Notes under the pieces: generated by a model
What the model saw: only the letters and a program-made list of their open reading frames with translations
Database searches by the model: none
Told to the model about the DNA's origin: nothing
In this document: in pieces, positions 52,801-64,000 of the stretch
How the letters are laid out: each line of letters begins with the position of its first letter
How positions within the stretch are numbered: position 1 is the stretch's first letter
Made by a program: the position numbers and the translations under genes
Source of the DNA: Eledone cirrhosa
Taxonomy: Eukaryota
Reading direction: 5' to 3'
DNA: 64,000 bases
Assembly (NCBI GenBank): GCA_964016885.1
Contig: OZ024764.1
Span: forward strand, 3,596,001-3,660,000

Positions 52801-54168
52801 AACAGTAATACTGTACTATATATGTTCAACTGTAATACTATACTATATATTTTCAACAGTAATACTGTACTATATATTTTCAACAGTAATACTGTACTAT
52901 ATATTTTCAACAGTAATACTGTACTATATATTTTCAACAGTAATACTGTACTATATATTTTCAACTGTAATACTGTACTATATATGTTCAACTGTAATAC
53001 TGTACTATATATTTTCAACAGTAATACTGTACTATATATTTTCAACAGTAATACTATACTGTACTATATATTTTCAACTGTAATACTGTACTATATATTT
53101 TCAACAGTAATACTGTACTATATATTTTCAACTGTAATACTGTACTATATATTTTCAACAGTAATACTGTACTATATATTTTCAACAGTAATACTGTACT
53201 ATATATTTTCAACAGTAATACTGTACTATATATTTTCAACAGTAATACTGTACTATATATTTTCAACAGTAATACTGTACTATATATTTTCAACTGTAAT
53301 ACTATACTATATATTTTCAACTGTAATACTATACTGTACTATATATTTTCAACAGTAATACTGTACTATATATTTTCAACAGTAATACTGTACTATATAT
53401 TTTCAACAGTAATACTGTACTATATATTTTCAACAGTAATACTGTACTATATATTTTCAACAGTAATACTGTACTATATATTTTCAACAGTAATACTATA
53501 CTATATATTTTCAACAGTAATACTATACTATATATTTTCAACAGTAATACTATACTATATATTTTCAACAGTAATACTATACTATATATTTTCAACAGTA
53601 ATACTGTACTATATATTTTCAACAGTAATACTGTACTATATATTTTCAACAGTAATACTATACTATATATTTTCAACAGTAATACTATATATTTTCAACA
53701 GTAATACTGTACTATATATTTTCAACAGTAATACTATACTATATATTTTCAACATTAATACTATACTATATATTTTCAACAGTAATACTATACAATATAT
53801 TTTCAACAGTAATACTATACTGTACTATATATTTTCAACTGTAATACTGTACTATATATTCTCAACTGTAATACTGTACTATATATTTTCAACAGTAATA
53901 CTGTACTATATATTTTCAACAGTAATACTGTACTATATATTCTCAACTGTAATACTGTACTATATATTTTCAACTGTAATACTGTACTATATATTTTCAA
54001 CTGTAATACTGTACTATATATTTTCAACAGTAATACTGTACTATATATTTTCAACTGTAATACTGTACTATATATTTTCAACAGTAATACTGTACTATAT
54101 ATTTTCAACTGTAAGACTGTACTATATATTTTCAACTGTAATACTGTACTATATATTTTCAACAGTAA
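49815..54168. repeat. 27-bp minisatellite
   Basis: tatatattttcaacagtaatactgtac, about 160 copies, with a 933-bp higher-order duplication (50918 vs 51851). Confidence 0.95.
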
Positions 54169-54187
54169 TTCGGACGGACCAGGTAGT

Positions 54188-54410
54188 ATCTATATATATA
54201 AAACTGAGCATGTCTGTCTGTGTGTGTGTGAGATTGAATTCCTAAAACTCAAGAACCTCCCAACCGACTGTTTTCAAACTTTACACATGTAATACTTTAT
54301 GTTTCAAATTTCCAATGCCCTGGGGACCGCATTAGGCGATTTAGTGATGTCTCTCTAGAATTCTTAGTCTTTCTCTTTTTAGATAGATACATACTTATAA
54401 CGCCGCACCC
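54188..54410 (+). mobile_element. Non-autonomous Helitron-like element fragment
   Basis: TCTATATATATAAAACTGAGCATGTCTGTCTG start, homologous to 49200-49485(-). Confidence 0.5.
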
Positions 54411-54757
54411 TTATATGCATGTATAACAATAAGTAAATCTAAATGGATTTACTTATTGTTTCAACTTCCCCCCGCTCCCCTTCTCTAGTATAATTTTTTC
54501 TACCTTCTATACACTATCCTTAGAATCTGTTGTAGTTTTCACTTTCAATGCTTGACTGGGTTTCCTCCACTCCCTCTCCCTCTTTCTTCTACTGGCAAGT
54601 TCAGCTACCCCTACCTTCCACAAAATGCCATGATAGAATCATGTGTGTTAACAACAAACTTTTGACCAATCCTTGTGACAATCACTTTTACCATATATGG
54701 TAACATGTTTAATATTGTTTTAACCTATTTTTTTCTTACTATTGATCCCCCCTCGTG

Positions 54758-54803
<46 letters not shown>

Positions 54804-54820
54804 TACATATATATACACAT

Positions 54821-54862
<42 letters not shown>

Positions 54863-55339
54863 CATATATACATACATATATACATATATATACACATTAT
54901 ATATATACATACATATATATATATACATATATACATATATATACACAGTATATATATATATATACATATATATACACATTATATATATATATATATATAC
55001 ATATATATGGTGGCAGCCAACTCGTTTTCGAGTACGGCCACTACTTTATATCCATGTAGGAGAACCCCTACCGATGCGCTGAACGAGTGTGACTTTTTAG
55101 TCCAGCCAGCGACTTGAAAACTTTGGTACAAACACTACACTTGTGACAATTATTGACACATAGTGCTGGGCCCATGGTACCATGTGACGACAAGTGCAGA
55201 GAGATATCCAGATATAAAGCAATGCCTGTGCCGTGAAGCTTTTATAATGAGCAAAGGCACTGCACAAAGCCAGTCCCACTCTCTTAACCAAGATGATATT
55301 TACCAAAAAGAAGAACAAGTCAACATCATTGGATACCAT

Positions 55340-55582
55340 CAGAGTTGCAGGTGTTATATCAGAGTTTTCCTTCTCCTAGAATTCTGCCTTGACAAAGGCT
55401 AAGGGGTCATCTCACCCGGTGATTTTGGATGGCCATTGACTCTTAAGAGCCCCTTTGCCCTTTGACAGGTTTTGTTTTTAGTCCTGCAGGATGTCCAAAG
55501 TCACCCTCCTCACCAAGAAACCTTGGTGGGGTTGCCAGTTTAGTCGCCAATGACCCGACCAAGGGACAGGTTGTACTGGAAT
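55340..55582 (-). mobile_element. RTE-type 5' UTR fragment
   Basis: Minus strand has CTAGGAGAAGGAAAACTCTGA. Homologous to 7800-7920. Confidence 0.55.
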
Positions 55583-55752
55583 ACATGTATATATATATAT
55601 ATATACATATATATAGTATACTAGGGAAAGGATCAGGGGTGTATAACACTCCACTTATCCAGCAGGCAGTATAAGGTTAGCTCAATGTCTGAGGACAGAG
55701 CCGTAATATAATAAATAACAAAGAACGCCTATAGCATATGCATATCTTTACT

Positions 55753-55798
55753 TGCTAACATTGTTTCATCCGCACTATAAGTGGGACTCATCAGAGCA
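55753..55798 (-). ncRNA. Type I hammerhead ribozyme
   Basis: Reverse complement of 58224-58269. Confidence 0.8.
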
Positions 55799-57478
55799 TA
55801 AAGGTTAATTACATACCATACAAGCAATAACAAATCCAAGACATTGAAGAATGAAAGATAATAATAGACGATAAAGGATATTAAGGAAGTAAAAGTAAAA
55901 ATAAAGATAAGAATAAAAATAAAAATAAACAATGAAAAATAAGGGGTGCTATCAGTCACAGTTGGGCGGGGTGCTGTCAACATATAGTTACATACAAGCA
56001 TACACGTCTATGTATACGAGTCGGTGAATGTATACGTATGCCTGTGGGAGGATATTGATCTGGATATTGGGGTGTGCAGGTGAGTGGGTGTGTATGTTAA
56101 TAAGCACCCCTGTTTGGCACAGTGGATGTAACCGATCCACGCTCGCCTACCCACCATTGGTGCATTGGGGGGTCTATCCTGACGTATATCTTGTTGATCT
56201 GTACCTCTGTATGCGCATGAGTTGTGATGTAATGTATTTATGTAAAGCGTGTACTGCGATTTAGGTTGCACTAGTAGAAATTTAGCCTGTAACTGTGGGC
56301 GGACCCGTGCCATCCCGCCGTAAGCAGTGGATGCGTGGCGCATGTACGTGTTGCCCTCATATTCTGTGGTTCAAGATCTACAGGCTGACCTCTGGGAGCT
56401 CTTGCCCGGGGTTGTAGTCTTTCTAGCACGATCGGCCTTCCATATATTGACGGTCGTTATGATCCCGAAAGTAACGTTTTGGCCCCGATAGCCCTCCGTA
56501 GTTACTAACGGTCTGTGTACACTTGAATCGGGCAATGGCACGTGCGGACATGAATATCTCCGTAGGATTTCAACTTTATTTTACTACATCTCATCGTATG
56601 TATTTATTTTGAATGTATTACCTGTGGTGGTGGGTCTGGTCTAATGTGGTATTTCGGTGTTTAATATCAGCTTTGACCCGGGTGTCCTACGCTGTGTGTG
56701 TGTGCGTGTGTGTCCGTGTATACATTTATATGTGTATGGGTGTAGGTGGTTGTATGTGTCTGTATATATTAAAAAAATATATATATATATATATGTATAC
56801 CGTCTCTGCATATGCATGTGGTGTGTATATGTGCATATACGTGCTGAACATATTGATGTGTACAATCTTGTGATGTCCCAATGCGGTGACTTAATGGCTC
56901 TTGAAGCTATTTTTTATATATCTTCTGTCTTTTTATATATCTTTTGTATGCGCTACAACTGTGTCTGCTTGCTTTGGCTAACTGCACCTCGCTTGCTAAT
57001 GCACGTGAATTCTTCTACCTCCTTCGATGCACCTCTCTCTGACCATTGGACTCCTGCCCGGGTGTGAACCGGTTTGTGATTACCCCACCGCTCAACTGTG
57101 TGAATGCACGCCCGTGACTTTCGAGTGAACTTTTGAGACTGCCCAACCTGGGACGCCTCCATTGCCTTGCAATGGTCAAGTGATACTGGTGACTGTGACA
57201 CTTAGTGCCTTCGTGGGCCCCTGATGTTTTCAAGAAATATATTTTAAAAAAATGGTCAAGTGATACACATAACTGTGACACTTAGTGCCTTCGTGGGCCC
57301 CTGATATATTCAAGAGATATATTCTAAAAAAATATATATCTTATCTCAATTTACTTTATTTCATTTTATTTTATTTTATTTCATTTCATGTTATCTAATT
57401 TTATTTATTTACTTATTTAACTCCATTTATTTATTTAAATTTAAATTTTAATTTTAATTTTATTTATTTATTTAATTT

Positions 57479-57530
<52 letters not shown>

Positions 57531-58223
57531 TTACATTTAATTACATTTAATTATACATTTAATTATATCTTATATTATATTATTTTAATTTAGTCTATGT
57601 TATTTGATTTTAGTTTACCTTATTTTATCTTATTTTACGATTATATTATATTATGTTCTATTTATATAATTTTTAATTTTAATTTTATATTATTTTATCT
57701 CATTCCTTACCCTGTATCACTATTATCTGTATATTTTATATTTTATATGTAAGTTTGTTATGTATTTCTTTATATTTTCTTATATATATTATAAGTCTGT
57801 TTTTCACCTATTTTTTACCTACTCGTACCTAATCCCATCTATCTTATCTACTCTTGTCTGTTCTCTTATCCATGTGTATGCTTGTATGTAACTATATGTT
57901 GACAGCACCCCGCCCAACTGTGACTGATAGCACCCCTTATTTTTCATTGCTTATTTTTCATTGCTTATTTTTCATTGTTTATTTTATTATCTTATTCTTA
58001 TTTTTATTTTTATTTTTATTTTTATTTTTATTTTTATTTTTATTTTTATTTTTATTTTTATTTTTATTTTTATTTTTATTTTTATTTTTATTTTTACTTT
58101 TATTTTTATTCTTATCTTTATTTTTACTTTTACTTCCTTAATATCCTTTATCGTCTATTATTATCTTTCATTCTTCAATGTCTTGGATTTGTTATTACTT
58201 GTATGGTATGTAATTAACCTTTA

Positions 58224-58269
58224 TGCTCTGATGAGTCCCACTTATAGTGCGGATGAAACAATGTTAGCA
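58224..58269 (+). ncRNA. Type I hammerhead ribozyme
   Basis: tgct CTGATGA gtcccac-ttata-gtgcggat GAAA caat GTT agca. Confidence 0.8.
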
Positions 58270-58335
58270 AGTAAAGATATGCATATGCTATAGGCGTTCT
58301 TTGTTATTTATTATATATTATACATATATATACAC

Positions 58336-58377
<42 letters not shown>

Positions 58378-58431
58378 CACATATATATACACATTATATA
58401 TATATATATATATACACATATATATACACAT

Positions 58432-58463
<32 letters not shown>

Positions 58464-58472
58464 TATACACAT

Positions 58473-58504
<32 letters not shown>

Positions 58505-58511
58505 TATACAC

Positions 58512-58550
<39 letters not shown>

Positions 58551-58763
58551 CGAAGGAAATGTGGTAAGGAACCAAGTGGACCATAACGCACCAAAGTACT
58601 CAATACATAGGGTAGTAGAGTGGGTAATAGGAACAAGTAAGACCCCGACGGCTGAGCTCAAGCCGTTTCGACGACTAATCCTTGTGACAATCACTTTTAC
58701 CATATATGGTAACATGTTTAATATTGTTTTAACCTATTTTTTTCTTACTATTGATCCCCCCTC

Positions 58764-58809
<46 letters not shown>

Positions 58810-58853
58810 AGAAGAAGTTTATGAAATGGAAATGCGGGTATAAAGAATTTATT

Positions 58854-58967
58854 AGGTAACAATTGTTTCTATAGTGTATGGGTTACCTATACCTCGCTAT
58901 TTGAATAATATAAAAATATCATAAACCGAAGGTACACTGTAAGCAGACACACCATGTCGTCAGACCT
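58854..58967 (-). ncRNA. Type I hammerhead ribozyme with long stem II in the PLE 3' pLTR
   Basis: aggt CTGACGA c-atggtgt...acactat-a GAAA caatt GTT acct. Palindromic stem III AACAATTGTT. Confidence 0.75.
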
Positions 58968-59377
58968 TTGTATTGGAATGATATGAAAATATTTTATACA
59001 CTAGATAAAAGAGAAAGAAGGAGGTAGGAAGAGAAGGGGAATAGGGAAGTGAGTAAGGTGGAGGGAGTCTTAGGATTTAAGACTGTCAGACTAGTAGAGA
59101 TTGTAAGGAGAGAATGTTTTGGCAGCAGTTAGCTTAATGAGGCGTGTTAGGGTTGGCGGGGGAAGTAAATTCTTCTAGTGGTGTTGTTCGGACAAAATTT
59201 AGTTAAAGGGGTCAAAGTGGTACAGAGTTACAGACAAGTTATTGGGGCTATTATAGTAGCAGGTTATTTCTAAAGGGGTCCAGAAAACAGTGTTTAGTAC
59301 TATTATTATAGAAAGCCATATCTTGTGTATAAACATATAAAACAGAAATTTGCAAACGGTGGTGTAAAAAGGTAACA

Positions 59378-61093
59378 TTATATGCATTTAAAAAAAGAAA
59401 AAGTCGTTTTCAAACGATGGTTACAGTATAGTGAACGTTCAATTTTGCTGTTCAAAAGTTTGTTTACCGACGTTAAAATGCAGTATATCTCCAAATTGCA
59501 TAATTTGCAGAATCGATGATTTTGCTTATATGCAGGTGCAGCTGCAATAATTTGCCAATCAAGGGAGAATGCTTGATTGTTCCTCCGGAGCTGCCAGGCT
59601 TTATCGGCGAGGGTTGTTACGGAGCGCATTTTCTCGTGCCTGATCGAAGATCGATGTTGGTATAGGCGAGCTTTGAAAGAAGTTGCGGTACATCCGACGT
59701 AATACCCTTTGTTGGTTCCGGAATTTATTGTACATCGGTAGACAATATTGCGTGCTAGGCACTGGTTATTCAGTGGGCACGTACCTGGTTTGGTGCAGTT
59801 ACAATTATTTTTATGTTTTGCAGTAGAATCCTGGATAGTTTGGTGGGGTTGTAGTTGCGTGTTAGTGCGTTGTATGTTGCTATGCTGGTGCGCTGAGTCA
59901 TTAGGGATGTACTTATTTAGTATTGCTGAGTTGAGTTTTTTAATTAGTTGTTCTATGTTAGGTGCAGTGGAGTATGAGAGTCTAATGGTGCGCGAGTTAA
60001 AGATTTTATAGTATTTATGTGAAGTTGTAAAGTGTTTATTGATTAGTGTATAGAATTGTGAGATAATCTTAGTGCTAATAGAAGTATTGTACACGGGGTT
60101 ATACCATATGTACTCTCTACGTCTGACTCTATTTGCTGGTTTGCACCTATTAGTATGCCTATTGATGTGTGTGTGTAGTGCAATACTAGTTCGACTTAGA
60201 TGTGTTTTATTCATAGTACTTATGTGGTTATCGTCTAGATATTCTATTTTCTTGCAGTAACCAGCTTTTCTAAGTGCGTCATTATAATATTCAGCATGCT
60301 CGTTGAAGGTCTGCAGATTAGACGACAGTCGGGAGATCCTTATGGATATATTTTTAGGGATAGATTTAATAATGGAATGGGGATGGTTCGATTTTACATT
60401 AACGTACTTGAGATTTTCATTAAGTTTGTGAAATGGCTCTATATTACCGTTATTAAGGTTGAAGGTGACATCCAAGAAGTTGACCACCTTAAGATTGTGT
60501 TCGAAGGTAATATTAAGCCCTAGTTCTAAGAAAAGTTTCCTAATGTTTTTACGTCGCCTTTCTAGGTTTTGTTTGTTCATATTCTTGACTAATAGAAGTG
60601 TATCGTCGCGGTATATTCCGCCGTGGAGGTCCGTAAATTCGCTCTGGAGTCTATGGGCTATATAGATCCCAACCAGATCCGTGACCTCCGCCGAATCATT
60701 AGAACCCATCGTAATGTCGAATTCCGAGGGTCTATCTCTGCGGACCCAATAACTATTTTCAAAGTGCACTACTGTGCGTCTAGCTTCAAGTATAATATTA
60801 ATTTCCTCGTTTGTGAGGTCCGAGTTAGTCTTAGCGAATGAGAGGGCCTTATGCAGGGTTTCGGGTGAAATAGAGGAATAGTATTCTTCTATATCGAATT
60901 GAATAAAAGAAGATTTGTTTTTGTCCCTAATGTTATTGAACCATCTTATTGCCTGTTGAGTATTACCCCATAATTTAATATCTACCTTAGCCTTAACTTG
61001 GGGTATAATACGATCTAATATGTACTTACTGATTCTACCTATATCGGACTTTGAAGGACATATTAATCTAATTTTAGGGTTAGTATCAAAGTT
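59378..61093 (-). CDS. Penelope-like reverse transcriptase / GIY-YIG endonuclease (partial; frame stays open upstream of 60769 to the truncation point)
   Basis: IRLICP, QFDIEEYY, MGSNDS, YRDD, NFLDV in RT. CNCTKPGTC linker (CxCx5C). NIVY..YVG..R..H and CKLC..E..LN in GIY-YIG. Confidence 0.92.
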   Translation of the reverse strand, partial: NFDTNPKIRLICPSKSDIGRISKYILDRIIPQVKAKVDIKLWGNTQQAIRWFNNIRDKNKSSFIQFDIEEYYSSISPETLHKALSFAKTNSDLTNEEINIILEARRTVVHFENSYWVRRDRPSEFDITMGSNDSAEVTDLVGIYIAHRLQSEFTDLHGGIYRDDTLLLVKNMNKQNLERRRKNIRKLFLELGLNITFEHNLKVVNFLDVTFNLNNGNIEPFHKLNENLKYVNVKSNHPHSIIKSIPKNISIRISRLSSNLQTFNEHAEYYNDALRKAGYCKKIEYLDDNHISTMNKTHLSRTSIALHTHINRHTNRCKPANRVRRREYIWYNPVYNTSISTKIISQFYTLINKHFTTSHKYYKIFNSRTIRLSYSTAPNIEQLIKKLNSAILNKYIPNDSAHQHSNIQRTNTQLQPHQTIQDSTAKHKNNCNCTKPGTCPLNNQCLARNIVYRCTINSGTNKGYYVGCTATSFKARLYQHRSSIRHEKMRSVTTLADKAWQLRRNNQAFSLDWQIIAAAPAYKQNHRFCKLCNLEIYCILTSVNKLLNSKIERSLYCNHRLKTTFSFFKCI

Positions 61094-61119
61094 ATATACA
61101 TATATACATATATATACAC

Positions 61120-61187
<68 letters not shown>

Positions 61188-61513
61188 TATGGTGGCTGCC
61201 AACTCGTTTTCGAGTACGGCCACTACTTTATATCCATGTAGGAGAACCCCTACCGATGCGCTGAACGAGTATGACTTTTTAGTCCAGCCGGCGACTTGAA
61301 AACTCTGGTACAAACACTACACCTGTGACAATTATTGACACATAGTGCTGGGCCCATTGTACCATGTGATGACAAGTGCAGAGAGATCTCCAGATATAAA
61401 GCAATGCCTGTGCCGTGAAGCTTTTATAGTGAGCAAAGGTATTGCACAAAGCCAGTCCCACTCTCTTAACCAAGATGATATATATATATATATATATATA
61501 CATATATATACAC

Positions 61514-61595
<82 letters not shown>

Positions 61596-61602
61596 TATAC
61601 AC

Positions 61603-61640
<38 letters not shown>

Positions 61641-61647
61641 TATACAC

Positions 61648-61685
<38 letters not shown>

Positions 61686-61692
61686 TATACAC

Positions 61693-61730
<38 letters not shown>

Positions 61731-61778
61731 TATACACATTATATATATATATATATATATATACATATATATACACAT

Positions 61779-61812
<34 letters not shown>

Positions 61813-61867
61813 TATACACATTATATATATATATACACACTATATATATATATATATATATATATAT

Positions 61868-63805
61868 CATCATCATCATCTTCGTTTAACGTCCATATTC
61901 CACGCTCGCATGGGTTTGGACGGGAGTTTTCCCACTTGAGGCAAGAGTGGTTGTCTTGTTCGCATAGGACTGTCTGGCGGGTTTTCTACGGCTGGATGCC
62001 CTTCCTAACACCAGCCACATTTACAGTGTGGAACTGGGAGGTTTTTACCGTGTTACCTACACGGCCACATTACCGCGTGGAGTGTGTGTTTTTTTGTCGT
62101 GACACCTACACGACCTCATTTGTTTCGGGCTGGATGTTGTGGTACCAACATAACTTTACATTGAAAGGGGTGGTGTGGATGGGGTGGGGGTAGTGGGACG
62201 GGGGTGTATTTTGTTAGAGGTGCCTACTGACTGTAGTAGGTTTCACTTTGCACTTAGGTAAGGCGGGTCTTCTCTATTACTGTGTAGCGCCAAAGATCTC
62301 GGTCCAGTGACATTGTCTTGGAGAAGTGTAAGTGTGTGAGGTCGGAATTTATCAAGTCGTCCCATGTTTTTCTGGGTCTGCCTACTCCGTGGCTACCGTC
62401 TATTTTTATTGCCCTGCACTTTTTTATACAGCTGTCGTCTTTCATGCGCATCACGTGACCATACCAACGTAGTCTTCTCCCTCTTCATCTGATCCCTCTT
62501 ATTTCTAATTTCTCCCTTAGTTCGTTTATGCTTTGCCGTTCACGTATATTACTATTACACATCCAGCGGAGCATGCAAGCTTCGTTCCTCTCCAGTCTGC
62601 GCAGGTCCTCTGCACACAAAGCCCATGTCTCACTGCCATGTAACATAGCTGTTCGTATGCAGGCATCATACATTCTGCCTTTCATTTTTAGCGAGAACGC
62701 TTTAGCGGCCAATAGTGGTATAAGCTCTCTGAACTTTTTCCATCCCATTCTGACTCTAGCTACTGTACTTTCAGAGCACCGTCCCCCACTGCTGATTTTA
62801 TCACCCAGGTAACGGAAGCTGTCCACTATTTCTATAGAACCATCTGTGCAATGGAATGAGTTAGTATTTTGTGGGCACTTGCTGCTACTTATTACACCAG
62901 AGCACCGGCCACATATAAAATCTATATTCTTAGTAAGCTTACCTGTGATCCCACTACATCTTTTATGTACGCATACTTTGCATTTGGGACATAAAATGGA
63001 GTTTCTGCCTACTCCTTTCCTACACACTCAGCATGGCCATTTCCCAGATGGGACCGGTGCCCTATTTTCCTTCCTACAAACTAGAACTTTAGTCTTAGAC
63101 AAGTTAACTTTAAGGCCTTTTGATTCTAGGCCATGCTTCCATGTTTGGAATTTCTTCTCTAGTTCAACCATTGATTCAGCTATGAGCGTTAGATCATCTG
63201 CGTATAGGAGTTCACATGGGCAGCGGGTCTTGAACTCCTCTGTTATAGCCTGAAGGGCAATAATAAATAGTAGGGGGCTAAGGACGGAGCCCTGATGAAC
63301 ACCAACATTTACGCTAAACTCTTCACTATATTCATTGTTAATTCTAACCTTGCTGACTGTTTCTTTATGCATGGCTTGTATAGCTCTCACAAGCCATTCG
63401 TCAACACCTAGTTTTCTAAGGGCCCACCAGATAATCGAGCGGGGTACTCTGTCAAAGGGTTTCTCCAAGTCAACAAAAGCTAAGTATAGGGGTTTACTTT
63501 TAGCTAGGTACTTCTCCTGTAGTTGTCGTACAATGAAAAGAGCGTCTGTTGTACCTGACACGAACCTGAACTGCATTTCGTCTAGATCAATTCGCTCTCT
63601 GATTAGTTGTGCTATTACTTTTTCTGTGACCTTCATGACCTGGTCAATTAATTTAATGCCTCTATAGTTTCCCCTATCTAGGGCATCACCTTTACCCTTG
63701 TAGAAGTTAATGATGATGCTGCTGCGCCAGTCCTTCGGAACGACCCCATTCTGTATGACTTGGTTTACTATCCGGGTGACCATAGTGTGTCCCACCATTC
63801 CAGAT
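61868..63805 (-). mobile_element. 5'-truncated RTE LINE (RT with Cys-rich finger; premature stops)
   Basis: NYRGIKL, FVDLEKPFDRV, GVHQGSVLSP, LYADD, FRYLG motifs. (GAT)n tail at 61868. Confidence 0.92.
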
Positions 63806-63818
63806 GCTATATATATAC

Positions 63819-63876
<58 letters not shown>

Positions 63877-63878
<2 letters not shown>

Positions 63879-63958
63879 CATCGTGGCAGAGTGGTTAAGG
63901 CGATGGACTAGAAATCCTTTGGGGTCTCCCCGCATAGGTTCGTATCCTATCGTCGACG
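63877..63958 (+). tRNA. tRNA-Ser(AGA)-like, probably a pseudogene or SINE head
   Basis: 82 nt with TGGCAGAGTGG, anticodon loop CT-AGA-AA, long variable arm and GGTTCGTATCC. Two acceptor-stem mismatches. Confidence 0.75.
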
Positions 63959-64000
63959 TATATGCTAATTACTTATTGTTGTTTTAATATTTCCGTTTAA

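Larger units (their letters stand above)
55616..58316. mobile_element. Non-autonomous Penelope-like element with inverted HHR-bearing pLTRs
   Basis: 55705-56005 is the reverse complement of 57874-58316 (apart from a (TTTTTA)n expansion). Both ends sit in (TA)n. Confidence 0.7.
58807..61093 (-). mobile_element. Penelope-like element (Naiad-type), 5'-truncated, inserted in (TA)n
   Basis: RT + GIY-YIG ORF, 3' pLTR with HHR. Flanks match the uninterrupted paralogous site at 54670-55300. Confidence 0.9.

Noticed and set aside
49788-54162. Long ORFs (KIYSTVLLL, YIFSTVILY repeats)
   Set aside because: Translations of a 27-bp satellite open on both strands, with no unique flanking coding sequence or splice evidence.
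61345-62193. YI/IY-rich ORFs here and throughout the window
   Set aside because: (TA)n and (CA)n microsatellite translations.

Overview
Repeat-saturated animal genomic DNA. The (TA)n/(CAT)n microsatellites, RTE and Tx1 LINE fragments and a tRNA-derived SINE look cephalopod/Octopus-like (inference). No prokaryotic features. Main contents: (1) a 5.2-kb array of apparently identical 310-bp units (22584-27786), each carrying a type I hammerhead ribozyme (HHR), i.e. a retrozyme-like element. It forms two divergent arms joined at a 3-bp microhomology and sits in a (TA)n tract, with an empty copy of the site next to it. (2) A 5'-truncated but open Penelope-like (Naiad-type) RT + GIY-YIG element with its own HHR, also inserted in (TA)n. 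(3) Several other HHR-bearing, divergently inverted insertions, two families of which have a U3-A8 core variant. (4) A 10-19 kb tandem segmental duplication carrying an orphan gene whose hydrophobic domain is encoded by a 33-bp minisatellite and whose N-terminus differs between copies almost only by amino-acid-changing substitutions. (5) Many minisatellites (27, 30, 36, 61, 62, 64/66, 60/72 bp), RTE, Tx1, CRE-like and Helitron-like fragments, and a tRNA-Ser(AGA)-like sequence. Most ORFs in the supplied track are repeat artefacts. All coordinates were read by eye and repeat/TE boundaries are approximate.
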